IMG/VR virus record: IMGVR_UViG_3300033121_000981
Location: 1 to 64,000 of that record
Strand: one strand, 5' to 3'
Source: a virus
Length of the DNA: 64,000 nt
Position 1 is the first letter of the stretch, and each line of letters starts with the position of its first letter. The notes beneath the pieces are model-generated. The model searched no databases and had not been told where the DNA came from. It worked only from the letters and a program-made list of their open reading frames with translations. This document shows, piece after piece, positions 46,390 to 56,889 of the stretch. The translations under genes and the position numbers were made by a program.

Positions 46390-48810
46390 TCACGTCAACC
46401 CTTCCAAAGTGATTGTACATATGGATTTCAAATGGTAATTAACATCAATACTGAAATCCTTGTAGAATCCATATATAATAGAAGAACCATAACTAGCACT
46501 CCCAACATACACTGTAGGAGTAGCCCTATAGCCAGCTAATATATTAGAAACAGTATCAACATCAGATGCATCTATAAATATTGTCATTGTAGCGTTCTTT
46601 CTGAATGCCCTTTGCAATATTGTGTAATTCCCAAATGTATCTTGTGTTTTAACAGAATAATCTTGAATACCGAGCTTCATACCTAGCTCAATTCCAACAG
46701 GGACGTTAGAATCATTTAAATATGAAATATCCTTAGATAACCCCAATACTAATCCACCCAATAAAACAGTGTTACCTGTATCAGTAATTGTTACTACAAT
46801 TGTAGAGTTAGCATATGGAAGTAAATCTGTTACAACAAAATCCACTGTACGTACAATAGGTTCAAAGAAATATGCATACCAATCTGTAACACCACTTGTA
46901 GAGATTAATGAGTAAGTTTCATCATAAACTAATCCATCTGTAGCATCTATTTGTTTAATATTAACACTAGCTCCACTTATATTTAATAAAGCAACACTGT
47001 CAATACGTCCTGTTGTTTTAAATATATTTTGAATAGTATTTGTATTACTAGATTGACTGGTAATACTTTGATCAAAAGCTTTCCACTTGTTTGTATTACC
47101 TACAGATAACCAATATGTTGTATTTGTAACAGGTTGGTTATAATTCATAGAAGCTGTATATGTATGTACCCCACTTTGTGTTCCTGTTGTATTAATAGCA
47201 CTACCACCAGATGTTGCTGATACGTTAAATGTATCTGTTGTTGGTGATTTAACATAATATACTGTACCTGCAACTAATCCAGTAGGTAATGCTCCAGTAG
47301 TTGTAAAACTAATAGGTGTATTATCTGCTAACCCGTGAGCAGTAGCTGTGAATACTGCTGGAGAAGCAATTGTTACTGTAAATGTAGCTGTGCTTCCTGA
47401 TAAACTCTGATAAATCTTGTGAGTATCCCCTGAAACATATTTGACATAAGTTCCAGTTGTATATACAGTGGAAGCAGAATAATCTGGGTAATCATTTTCT
47501 GTAATATTGCTAGAAACAAATGTTCCAGAAGAATTACCTACAACATCTGCTGCGCGTGTTACTGTGGAAGATGTTGTAGGGATGTAGCTGGTAGCGGTTG
47601 TGCCTAGTTCTATCTGTGCGCCCCAAATGTATATAGATTCATCCCCGTTTGCTATCCAAGTAGTCGCTTGATTATCCGCAGTATGCACCTCTATTAGTGG
47701 AGAAGAAGCAATAGCAGGCATAGTCCTAGTTATTGAACACCTATACCACCCATTACCTAAATTCTTCATAGTTGCTGTAGTACCGCTTTTAACAGTACCT
47801 ACAACCCCCGCAGACAAATCAAAAAAAGCACCCTGAACTACTGCACTATTCCCATCTAAACATAACCCTAACCAGTTTACAGTACCTGTTTTAGCAAAAA
47901 CGGACATAGTGTAGGCAGCAGCAGTGGGGGTGTATGAACCATAAATATACTTCTGTAAGGACGTAGCTCCTGCTGTAAGGGTGTCAGCGGTAATGTTTCC
48001 GTCAGGTGCAGAAACACTGTTAGCTATGATAGAAGTATTTAACTTACTCCAAGCCGCACTATTAAACTGTTCTGAATACGTCAGAAGGTTTGTTGAAGCT
48101 GTCTCATACAATAGTGCAGCGTAATCAGTAGAAGCTGTATATGTTGCTGGAATTGTCCCATTGTAGCCAACACTTTTTATATATGTGGAGGCTGTTGAGC
48201 CTAATTCTACCTGCGCGCCCCACAAATACAAATCCCCTGTAGTCAATCCCTCAAATAAAACGACAAGAGCTGTTTGGCCTACAGAATATGTCACAGTGAG
48301 TGAACAACGAAACCAGCCATTTCCGACAGAAGAAATTGACCCTACGCCTGGGTTACTTTCCTGAAACACTGTCCCAGAAGAGATGTCAAAAGTGGCGCTT
48401 GTCCCAATGTAAAAAGCCTCTCTTATTCGGAACTGGTTGCCACTTATCGTACCGGCTTTTACGAAAACGCTGATTGTATAAGTACCAGAAGAAATGGTTA
48501 TTTGTTGATTAGTGTACCCAGGAAGTGCTGACACTGTGAGCGTATCAGCAGTCATAGTACCGTCCGGTGCAAACGTAGTATTAGAACTAAAGCTTGCGTT
48601 CATGCAACCCCACAGTACATTTTCAAACTGTTCTGAATACGTCAGTAGATTTGTAACAGCAGCAGTAGCCTGAGTGTACGTAATATTAGAATTCACCCGT
48701 GCATTGTCTACTGCTGCTGTTTGTAATACATTAGATGTGTCATAATATGTAGCTGTAGATGCTCTACTAAATTGAGCATCCGTCACAGACATAGGACGGA
48801 TGATTTTCAT
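46390..48810 (-). CDS. tail fiber / host-specificity protein with internally duplicated jelly-roll-like domain
   Basis: LLTYSEQF...APDG..TADTLT occurs twice (around aa 60 and 235); 806 aa. Confidence 0.65.
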   Translation of the reverse strand: MKIIRPMSVTDAQFSRASTATYYDTSNVLQTAAVDNARVNSNITYTQATAAVTNLLTYSEQFENVLWGCMNASFSSNTTFAPDGTMTADTLTVSALPGYTNQQITISSGTYTISVFVKAGTISGNQFRIREAFYIGTSATFDISSGTVFQESNPGVGSISSVGNGWFRCSLTVTYSVGQTALVVLFEGLTTGDLYLWGAQVELGSTASTYIKSVGYNGTIPATYTASTDYAALLYETASTNLLTYSEQFNSAAWSKLNTSIIANSVSAPDGNITADTLTAGATSLQKYIYGSYTPTAAAYTMSVFAKTGTVNWLGLCLDGNSAVVQGAFFDLSAGVVGTVKSGTTATMKNLGNGWYRCSITRTMPAIASSPLIEVHTADNQATTWIANGDESIYIWGAQIELGTTATSYIPTTSSTVTRAADVVGNSSGTFVSSNITENDYPDYSASTVYTTGTYVKYVSGDTHKIYQSLSGSTATFTVTIASPAVFTATAHGLADNTPISFTTTGALPTGLVAGTVYYVKSPTTDTFNVSATSGGSAINTTGTQSGVHTYTASMNYNQPVTNTTYWLSVGNTNKWKAFDQSITSQSSNTNTIQNIFKTTGRIDSVALLNISGASVNIKQIDATDGLVYDETYSLISTSGVTDWYAYFFEPIVRTVDFVVTDLLPYANSTIVVTITDTGNTVLLGGLVLGLSKDISYLNDSNVPVGIELGMKLGIQDYSVKTQDTFGNYTILQRAFRKNATMTIFIDASDVDTVSNILAGYRATPTVYVGSASYGSSIIYGFYKDFSIDVNYHLKSICTITLEGLT

Positions 48811-48834
48811 TAAATATAACCCTTTAAATTAATA

Positions 48835-51800
48835 TTACGTTCCAATACGCTCAGGAGGAATACCATCACCATCCCACTGACGCATTAACTTGCTTGATAC
48901 ACCAGTGTTTTGAGCAACAGATAGCAATGCAGCATTAATTTCCATACGCATTGCTCTAATTTCCTCTGCTGTACTATCTGCATCTCTTGCAGCTTTAGCT
49001 GTCAATACACGCTCTCCGGCATGGAGATTGGCCCTGTAATTATCAAAAGGAACCATATCCAAACCATCAGCATGACTACCATGTATAGATTGATATTCAG
49101 CACTCTTATAAAAATCCCCCATAACATCAGTTATAGTGAAATTGTTTTTGGATGCGTTATCAACCCACCAATCTAACCCTGCTTGATCTGGCGCTCTTCC
49201 AAGTACAGTTTGGTATAATCCAGCAATCTCATCCCTAGTAGCTGGCTTTGTAGCAGATAATGCTGGATTAGATGCAATAGCAGATGGGGAAGCTTGAATA
49301 GAATTAATTGCAGCCCTGCTACTCTCTGCAAATGCTACCATAGCACTAGATAAGTCTTTTATAGCAACATATGTACCATTCATTAAATCAATCTGTTGCT
49401 GTGCCATCTGCAACATAGAATCATATTTAGCAATCTCACCATCATATTTAGCTTGAGCTGCTGCTTGCTCTGCATCAAACTGTGCTACTTGCAAATCATA
49501 ATTACTTTGCAATAATGTTAAGCTATCCTCTAAAGCAGATACTTGCCTGTCTGAATTACTTTTAGCTACTGTAGTAAGATCATTAAGATCAGACACAGAA
49601 TTTTTCGTCATCTGAAAGTCTCTAGCGTAATCTTCATATGTTGCAAACAAGTCTTGAGATGCTTGTGTTAAAACACTTAAAGGTTTAGATAGTTCCTCAG
49701 ATGTTGGTAAAACTCCTGTGCTTCTTGCTACAGCTAAAGCTGTTGTGATAGTATTCTGAGCAGCAGTTCTTACAGATGCTTCAGTACCTGCTAATGTCAT
49801 ACTCTCAAGAGTTTTTGTAAGACTACTAGATAAACTTGAGAGAGCTGTATTAGCTGTTTTAGCAGTGTCTAAAGTTGCTTGAATAGCTGTCTTAGTATCA
49901 TTAAATACTTTCTCAGCACTATTTTTCTGAGCTGTAATTGCAGCAGTTTGTGCATCAAACGTAGCTTTACTTATATCCTTGCTAGATTCAATACTCTTTT
50001 GTAATACCTCATAATCTTTATTGGCAGCAGCTTTTAAAGTGCTTGTAGATGTTGTAAGCGATACAATAGAAGCATCTAGTTCAGAGAAAGCTGATGACAG
50101 ATTTACTAATTTAACCCATGTTTTCTGACCGCTTAATGTAGTTAAATCAAGAGATTCAATCATCTTTCTTAATTCATCTTTAGTGGAAGGCATGGTAAGT
50201 CCCAGATCACTAAAATTTTTAGAAAGAACTTTTGTAGCTTCATTAACTCGTTCTTGCTCTGTATAGTAATTTTTGAAATATGCAGAAGTTGTTGATTGCA
50301 TATTACTTAAACTACCAAACATATCTACAAGATTTGAAGCTAACTGAGCACCAAATAACGATGATTCATATACCCTATAATTCAAACTATCAAACATTGA
50401 ATTAACAGCTACTAAGCTTCCTGACAACCTAGTAATAGTTTCATTTGAAGTTTCACCAGTTTTTGCAAATGTAGCTATATTAGGTATAATCTGTTCAGCT
50501 AAACTATTAGCCATATCAGAAAACGCTTTATTAATTGCTTCAGTATTCGCTTTTGAGTCTGCTGTTAAAATTATATTTACATCTTGACTATAGCCTTTTA
50601 TCTTATCAGCAGATATCCCCAAATTCTTAGCAGAGGTTAAAGCAGCGTCAGTAACAGCGTAGAAACCTTTAGCTAGCTCTTGTTGCGTGCTAGATGGTAA
50701 GTTAGACCTTATAGTACCTGTTCTGTCTCCAGTGAACCACCCTCCAGCTTCTTTCCACTTTTGAAAGGAATTACCTGAGAATCCTTCGGATGTACTAAAG
50801 TTACCTTCTATTCCTGCGCTTTGAATCTCTCTCTCACCATGACCAAAACCTTTCTTCAATATAGTTGCTACAGCTAAAGCAGCAGCTACCCAAGGAATAG
50901 CAGCACCTATAGTAGAACCTATAGTGGCAGCAGCTTCTGCTGCTGTAGTAGCAGCTCCTAGAGCTTGTGAAGAGGCCGCTATAGCTGCCTCGCCAGATGT
51001 CACAGCGGCTGCTGCTGATCCAGCTCCTGATATACCTGCCCCAAAAGAACTGAGAGCACTTGAACCAAAAAGATTACCAGCAGTTGTAATTGCCCCACCA
51101 ATATTAGAAGTTAATCCACCTGAGAAACCATCCCATAAGGCTTTACCAGCAGAGTACATACTGTACATACCACTTAATCTACCACTTAATCCACCACTGG
51201 AATTTCCGCTTGCATAACTTGCAAAAGTAGCCTGAGCTTGAGCTGTACCTGTTGCCAAGGCTCCACTAATAGGCGCTAGAATTGGTTGAAGCAATGTTTT
51301 AGCAAAACCAAGCTTCATATCGTTGAGTATCTTCTTCCAGCCTTTGCCACCACCCTCTATAACAGCATTAGCTAAATCGTCAGAATATTGCTTATTAGAA
51401 CGTTTCCAAGCTTCGTTATATTCCGCTATAGCTTTTTGTTGTGCTTGCTGCATCTCTTTACTAAATTGCAAATCACGATACTCTATTTGTTTTGCAATCA
51501 TTGTATTAATGTGCTCTAATGCTCTCTGGTCGTAAGCATCAGTTATATCACCATTAGCAACTATAGCTTCACGTTCTTTGTATAAATTATCAATCTTAAC
51601 TTGTGTAATATTATCTTGGAGTTGCTTTTCAGTAACACCAGCTCGTTTCATAGCCTCTGGAAGAGAATCATATGCTTTTACTTGAGCAGAAATTGCATCA
51701 ATATTTTTGTTAATATCGTTTAGCTCTTTTTCTCTAGCCTTTTCTAGTTCTCTGAAAGGTTCTTGACTAGCATATATACTCTCAATACGGGCTTTTTCTA

Positions 51801-54570
51801 TTGCTGTATTTGCATCAGCAATCAAGCCAGTGTATTTTCTTGTTATGGATAATTTCTTTGTTTTTGCTGCTATTGTTAAATTTTCATCTTTAACATTATA
51901 TAACTCTGCTGCCTTTAAGTCTTTATCCATGGCATCTTGCATAAACTGAATACGCTTCAATTCTGCATCTTTTATGCTAAGATAGATATCTTGAGCACTC
52001 TCCATCTTATATTTTTTACGGAGCTTATCTAATGTAATTTCGCGTTCTAATGCTTGGACATTTTCTTGATAAACTAGAGCATTTTCCGCTATTGCTTCAT
52101 TAACGTTTAGGAGACCTTGAGATTTACCTTTTTTATTATCCTGAAGAACTCCAGTTCCAGTTTTATGTTTTTTTAAAGCTTTTTTAGCTTCTTCATCAGC
52201 AAGCTTTGCTAGTACCCTAGCTGCATCTACAACAAGCTTCAGAGATGCTTCTGTTTCAGCGTATTTTTTATTAGTTGTATCCCTAGCATTTTGTAAAGCT
52301 TTTTCTGCGGACAATAGTTGTAATATTTCTTTCTCATTAGCTGAGTGATATGGTAATACACCTGTTGAACGGTACTTATCCATTGCTCTTACTTGATCTG
52401 GATTTAAAGCTCCTCTAGCTTTCCTTACTTTTTCTTCAGCCTCATTAACAACTTTAGTTCCTTGCAATTTAACCAATTCAAGTTGCTGGTCTCGTATAGC
52501 TTGTGTTTCAGCATCCCTAGCAGTTTTGCCTTGTATCATTAACTCGATTTGCTTATTTAACCTTTTAGCTTCTTCATCAAGCTTACCTTTAAAGTCATCC
52601 ATGTAATTCAAAGCAGCTTTACTAGAACTTGAATTAGTGGCTTCGTCTCTTTTAGTAGTCCACCACACAAAGGCTGCTGCGCCAGCAGCTAAAGCAATAC
52701 CTAACACACCTAATGATGCTTGGAAAGCCATAGAAGACCATTTTGCTAAATCCATAGCTGTTTTTAATGCAATAAAGCTTTCAGCTATACCAACCAGTAA
52801 CCCAACTACAAAAGAAGCTGCTTTAAAAGCTAAAATAGCTCTAACAATTTCATATAATGCTGAAGAGTTTTCAACTAAAAACACTGCTAAATTTGCAGAA
52901 GCTGTTGCTAAAGATTGTATCCCACTGATAAACTCTGGCGAGTTAAAAGCAGCTTTCATACGTGTAGCTACTAATGATAATTCTGGCTGAATATCTTGAA
53001 AAGCTTTAACTAATGTTGTTTCAAGAGAATTCTTTACAGATTTGAATTGAGCATCTACAGTGAGGGCCATAGCTGCTGCACCAATAGCTGCAAAGCCATA
53101 ACTTTCATCAATTGATTTATTTAATGCCTCTAATTTGTTTTTAAAACCTTCAGCACCGTCTCCAGCTTCTGCTATCTTAGTTCTGTAAAGCCCAAGAACT
53201 TCAACAACATTCTTCATACCACGTTCATTAGCGAGTTCTGCTAATACTTTTTTCTGTGCAGGAGCTTTAAGAGTATCTAACCCATCAGATAGTTTTTTAA
53301 CAACATCAATTAGATTTAAGAAATTACCCTGATCATCTTTAAATGAATCTGGGGTTAATTTTATTTGTTTGAGTGCATTCTTAACTTTATCAGACTCAGA
53401 TGCTAACTCTTTGTACATATTTTTAAGAGATGTACCTGCTGCACTACCTTGAATACCTAAATTACTTAAAGCTGCTAACGATGTTCCCACATCTACCAAG
53501 GATATACCGTACAATTTACCTACTGACGAACCAGATTTAAACGCTTCTGATAAAGATTCAACACTAGACATAGAAACAGCAGCAGTCTTTGAAATAACAT
53601 CTGCAATACGACTATAACCTTCAGCACCATAATTCAAAGCTGTACCAACTTGAACTAATGTATATGCTGATTTCTCAATTGTTGTTCCACCAACAGTTGC
53701 AAGATTTAAGGCGTCCTTAATACCGCCTAAAGCTTGCTTGGCATTCAAACCAGCTAAAATAAGAGTTTCAAATGCTTTAGCAACCTCTTGTGGCCCATAT
53801 ACCCCCGTTCCAATTTGCAAAACAGCTTCTCTAATAGCATTAACTGATGCAACAGTTTCTAGTCCCTTTACACGTATGCTTTCCAGCGTTTGTTCGACAT
53901 CTTTACCAATTGTGACAATACCTTTTAATGATGCCCCAATTGCCAACCCTACAGCCATCCCTGCTAGATTGCCGTATGTCACCCACAAAGCACCTAAGCT
54001 ACCAGATAATCCTCTAGCTAGAGCATGACCTTCCTTCATGCTTTCATTATGAATTCTTTGGCTTCGTGCTGTACTGATGATACTATTATTAGCATCTCTT
54101 AATGCTTGTATCATAGGAGCTGCGGAAGAAGAAACGCCTAAGTTAGCAGCTTTTGCTTCTAATTGAGCAATATTATAATCTTTAATCTGCTTAGTAGTCA
54201 TTCCAAGCGTAGCCGTTTTTTGCTTTAGAGTTTCAATAAACTTATCACTGGATACCCTAGCATCATCAATATTCTTTTTTGTCGGCCCCATTGCAGACGC
54301 TAACGCATTAGTGCCACCAGCAGCAGAACGAGCATTTGCATTTAAACTATTCAAAGCATTAGCTTGTTCCATCATCTTACCCATGAAGCTGTCAGCTCCT
54401 TGAGCAGATGCTCTGCTAATAGCGTTAAGCTTCTCCATGGCGGCTATAAAAGATGTTACCCTACGCTCAGAATTCGCAGCAGACGTAGATAACCCACTAA
54501 GGCTATTACTAGCCTCTTTGATTCCATCACTTACAACTTTAATTTGTAGGCTAGTAATATCTACGCTCAT
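48835..54570 (-). CDS. tail tape measure protein, 1911 aa, with C-terminal DUF4214-like module
   Basis: size, coiled coils, Gly/Ala-rich hydrophobic blocks, position after the chaperones; LYQTVLGRAPDQAGLDWW motif. Confidence 0.85.
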   Translation of the reverse strand: MSVDITSLQIKVVSDGIKEASNSLSGLSTSAANSERRVTSFIAAMEKLNAISRASAQGADSFMGKMMEQANALNSLNANARSAAGGTNALASAMGPTKKNIDDARVSSDKFIETLKQKTATLGMTTKQIKDYNIAQLEAKAANLGVSSSAAPMIQALRDANNSIISTARSQRIHNESMKEGHALARGLSGSLGALWVTYGNLAGMAVGLAIGASLKGIVTIGKDVEQTLESIRVKGLETVASVNAIREAVLQIGTGVYGPQEVAKAFETLILAGLNAKQALGGIKDALNLATVGGTTIEKSAYTLVQVGTALNYGAEGYSRIADVISKTAAVSMSSVESLSEAFKSGSSVGKLYGISLVDVGTSLAALSNLGIQGSAAGTSLKNMYKELASESDKVKNALKQIKLTPDSFKDDQGNFLNLIDVVKKLSDGLDTLKAPAQKKVLAELANERGMKNVVEVLGLYRTKIAEAGDGAEGFKNKLEALNKSIDESYGFAAIGAAAMALTVDAQFKSVKNSLETTLVKAFQDIQPELSLVATRMKAAFNSPEFISGIQSLATASANLAVFLVENSSALYEIVRAILAFKAASFVVGLLVGIAESFIALKTAMDLAKWSSMAFQASLGVLGIALAAGAAAFVWWTTKRDEATNSSSSKAALNYMDDFKGKLDEEAKRLNKQIELMIQGKTARDAETQAIRDQQLELVKLQGTKVVNEAEEKVRKARGALNPDQVRAMDKYRSTGVLPYHSANEKEILQLLSAEKALQNARDTTNKKYAETEASLKLVVDAARVLAKLADEEAKKALKKHKTGTGVLQDNKKGKSQGLLNVNEAIAENALVYQENVQALEREITLDKLRKKYKMESAQDIYLSIKDAELKRIQFMQDAMDKDLKAAELYNVKDENLTIAAKTKKLSITRKYTGLIADANTAIEKARIESIYASQEPFRELEKAREKELNDINKNIDAISAQVKAYDSLPEAMKRAGVTEKQLQDNITQVKIDNLYKEREAIVANGDITDAYDQRALEHINTMIAKQIEYRDLQFSKEMQQAQQKAIAEYNEAWKRSNKQYSDDLANAVIEGGGKGWKKILNDMKLGFAKTLLQPILAPISGALATGTAQAQATFASYASGNSSGGLSGRLSGMYSMYSAGKALWDGFSGGLTSNIGGAITTAGNLFGSSALSSFGAGISGAGSAAAAVTSGEAAIAASSQALGAATTAAEAAATIGSTIGAAIPWVAAALAVATILKKGFGHGEREIQSAGIEGNFSTSEGFSGNSFQKWKEAGGWFTGDRTGTIRSNLPSSTQQELAKGFYAVTDAALTSAKNLGISADKIKGYSQDVNIILTADSKANTEAINKAFSDMANSLAEQIIPNIATFAKTGETSNETITRLSGSLVAVNSMFDSLNYRVYESSLFGAQLASNLVDMFGSLSNMQSTTSAYFKNYYTEQERVNEATKVLSKNFSDLGLTMPSTKDELRKMIESLDLTTLSGQKTWVKLVNLSSAFSELDASIVSLTTSTSTLKAAANKDYEVLQKSIESSKDISKATFDAQTAAITAQKNSAEKVFNDTKTAIQATLDTAKTANTALSSLSSSLTKTLESMTLAGTEASVRTAAQNTITTALAVARSTGVLPTSEELSKPLSVLTQASQDLFATYEDYARDFQMTKNSVSDLNDLTTVAKSNSDRQVSALEDSLTLLQSNYDLQVAQFDAEQAAAQAKYDGEIAKYDSMLQMAQQQIDLMNGTYVAIKDLSSAMVAFAESSRAAINSIQASPSAIASNPALSATKPATRDEIAGLYQTVLGRAPDQAGLDWWVDNASKNNFTITDVMGDFYKSAEYQSIHGSHADGLDMVPFDNYRANLHAGERVLTAKAARDADSTAEEIRAMRMEINAALLSVAQNTGVSSKLMRQWDGDGIPPERIGT

Positions 54571-54606
54571 GGGTACTCTCTATTTGATTATTTTAAACTT
54601 AATGTA

Positions 54607-55045
54607 TTAATTCTTTTTAAAACCACCTAATACATTCTTAATTTTATTACTTATTGCATCCCTATCTATTTGATCGTCTACAACATCGTATGGAGCTGGT
54701 CTATCTTTGTCAGAAGATGCATAGTATTCCTCACAATACTCCTTACTCAGAATTCTAACCAAACTCATCTCAAACGGTGTTACAGAAATATCAATAGCAT
54801 CTTTCCAAGCTATTATTTCTTGCCATGATAAAGGAACTATACCCATTCCACTCTGACCAACTGTTCCAGCTTCATGCCAGAATTCTGCGATATACTTAGC
54901 CTCTTCTAAATCTGGTAAAATGAGGAAGGGGCTACCTTCCCCACCAATCGAGAAATACTCCCTACGGGATTTTTCATCACCTTCAGGAGTTGCTGCTAAC
55001 CAAGCTAGATGTCTAGCATATACGCATAAATCATCTCTTATTTGG
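54607..55045 (-). CDS. T-like extension read in the -1 frame of the tail chaperone (lambda G-T arrangement)
   Basis: -1 frame open for 70 codons from the slippery site into ORF 54607-54846. Confidence 0.6.
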
Positions 55046-55439
55046 CCAAAAAATTAGCATCGCTCTCTAAAGCGGATTGAACTTGATCTTTAATCCAGTA
55101 CAAGTTATTATTACGATACAATTTACGGAAAGCTTCTGGTGTATTGATTTGAGCGTCATCATCAGTGAAATTGTGAGCTTCAATAGAGATAGCAACTAGA
55201 ATATCAATATTATCTTCGACATTAGTTTCAAATGATTGAGTTTTGTTTTTACGAGCAAGAGCTTTACGGCTCAAGTCAGAAAGGGCTTGACGATATTGTT
55301 TAGAAGCCTTACCATAAATGCTGATTTCCAATGGCTGAGTCTTTGCATCATCAGCGTACATTTTTAAACCTGTTTCAGGGTCTTCCAAATGCAAACGGGT
55401 GGATTCAGAGATGGATTTTTTATTAATATTGAATGACAT
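55038..55439 (-). CDS. tail assembly chaperone (G-like)
   Basis: position before the tape measure, size, slippery site at the 3' end. Confidence 0.6.
   Translation of the reverse strand: MSFNINKKSISESTRLHLEDPETGLKMYADDAKTQPLEISIYGKASKQYRQALSDLSRKALARKNKTQSFETNVEDNIDILVAISIEAHNFTDDDAQINTPEAFRKLYRNNNLYWIKDQVQSALESDANFLAK
55047..55053 (-). promoter_or_regulatory. -1 slippery heptamer T_TTT_TTG, 6 nt before the chaperone stop codon
   Basis: AAT TTT TTG GCC AAA TAA on the minus strand. Confidence 0.6.
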
Positions 55440-55640
55440 AATTTTGTTTCCTTTAATTGTAGGTTTGTGTTAAAATTGTTTTCTCTTTTATGAGAATATT
55501 GTTATAATTAGGTTTAGACAAATAAAAGCTACTAACAATGGTAACTTAGTTCTTTTCATGCGCCATAGTAGCATTCATGAATGCTTAGATGGAGGTTAGG
55601 TAATATGCCCAACCTCCGTAGGCTGTTTTATTACTATTGA

Positions 55641-56099
55641 TTAGGTAGCGTTCTCTGTGATGTCTGAGTCCAATTCCAGCTTGATTTCTGCACCAAGAAT
55701 AGAGTTGATACTACCAACGTTAGTCATGAAACTCATTGTCTTAGCTGTAAAATAAGCTTTGCTACCATCCTGATTAGTAACTCGGAAACTGTACGATGAA
55801 TCACTGTTAGATGCTGCCAAAGCAATAACTTGACCCGCATCAGTAGAGACTAAAGTTGCTTTAGCAAGCTTCACTGACAAGCTACCGTTATTATACGAAC
55901 CCCTAAATTTATACGTCTTCCGATCATTCAATGGATTGTGTGTAACCAATGTATAATCTTTACCAAACGTACCAATATCTGTCACTTCACCTAAGGTAGT
56001 GTACGTAAGGGCAGAAAAACCTGAATTATCATAAGTAGCTGGTAGGGATGCGCTGATAGCAATGGACGTACCGGCGACTGTTTGGGCCTTTGTTGTCAT
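55641..56099 (-). CDS. major tail tube protein (putative)
   Basis: position between terminator and chaperones; Ser/Thr-rich beta-type sequence. Confidence 0.5.
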   Translation of the reverse strand: MTTKAQTVAGTSIAISASLPATYDNSGFSALTYTTLGEVTDIGTFGKDYTLVTHNPLNDRKTYKFRGSYNNGSLSVKLAKATLVSTDAGQVIALAASNSDSSYSFRVTNQDGSKAYFTAKTMSFMTNVGSINSILGAEIKLELDSDITENAT

Positions 56100-56120
56100 A
56101 TTTATTTATTTCCTTTTAAA

Positions 56121-56477
56121 TTAAACGATGATTGCTGCTTTAACTACTGCACCTGTTGCTGCTGTAATTGCTACGACACCTTGTAGATACGCTGGAATAG
56201 TATCTAGTCGAATTACATTAAACGTACCTGCCGTTACAGTGACATCTAAACCTGATGCAACACTAACTGTCAATGCACCAGCGCCTGTAACAGGAACTGT
56301 AGTACCAGATGCACCATCAATTGTTACCACTACATCTGATGCTGATGTGTTGTACAACAAAAGTTCTTGACCAGTGTTTGCTGAATATGTTAGAGTATCG
56401 CCAGAAGTGGCTAATGCAATAGATGTGGCTGTAAAACCACCTAATACATTTTTAGATGTACTTGGGACTGCTGCCAT
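56121..56477 (-). CDS. hypothetical structural protein (Ala/Thr/Val-rich)
   Basis: ORF track. Confidence 0.4.
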   Translation of the reverse strand: MAAVPSTSKNVLGGFTATSIALATSGDTLTYSANTGQELLLYNTSASDVVVTIDGASGTTVPVTGAGALTVSVASGLDVTVTAGTFNVIRLDTIPAYLQGVVAITAATGAVVKAAIIV

Positions 56478-56490
56478 TTATTTTTCCTTT

Positions 56491-56889
56491 TTAAGTTTCT
56501 AATTCAAGTCTATATGGAATTATGATCGGAATAACTCGATATCCACCTTCATCAATGATGGCTTGTCGAATGCTTGGTGTTGCTTCAATACTTGTTGCTG
56601 TTGTTTTTGGAACAATAGGGAATGCCGCTTGTACAGCCCTAGCGATATCCTCACCCTGTTTTGTTCCAACATCTTGTTGTGTATATACATTTATTTGCAT
56701 ATACCCCATATCTCTTTGTCGTGTTCCATCTGTTGTAACGTCTAATAAAACAGATGGTATGATTAACATCTCAAGAAATGGGGCATTGTTTGGAGGTTTT
56801 TTAAATCCGTTGTTTTCATAAGCAACAGGAATATTTAAGCTAGCTGCTAAAGCTGCAACCCTAGGGGTTAGATCACTTCTTACTGTCAC
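56491..56889 (-). CDS. tail terminator protein (gpU/DUF4128-like, putative)
   Basis: pattern AYEN..F..P....P...LI......G.R..GYMQINVY...G. Confidence 0.5.
   Translation of the reverse strand: MTVRSDLTPRVAALAASLNIPVAYENNGFKKPPNNAPFLEMLIIPSVLLDVTTDGTRQRDMGYMQINVYTQQDVGTKQGEDIARAVQAAFPIVPKTTATSIEATPSIRQAIIDEGGYRVIPIIIPYRLELET

Noticed and set aside
50924-54028. Plus-strand ORFs inside the tape measure gene (50924, 51323, 52637, 53738)
   Set aside because: Antisense of a long, well-supported minus-strand CDS; Ala/Pro-rich low-complexity translations.
56128-56821. Plus-strand ORFs (56128-56370, 56522-56821, 56563-56745)
   Set aside because: Antisense of minus-strand tail genes; Thr/Ala/Cys-rich artefacts.
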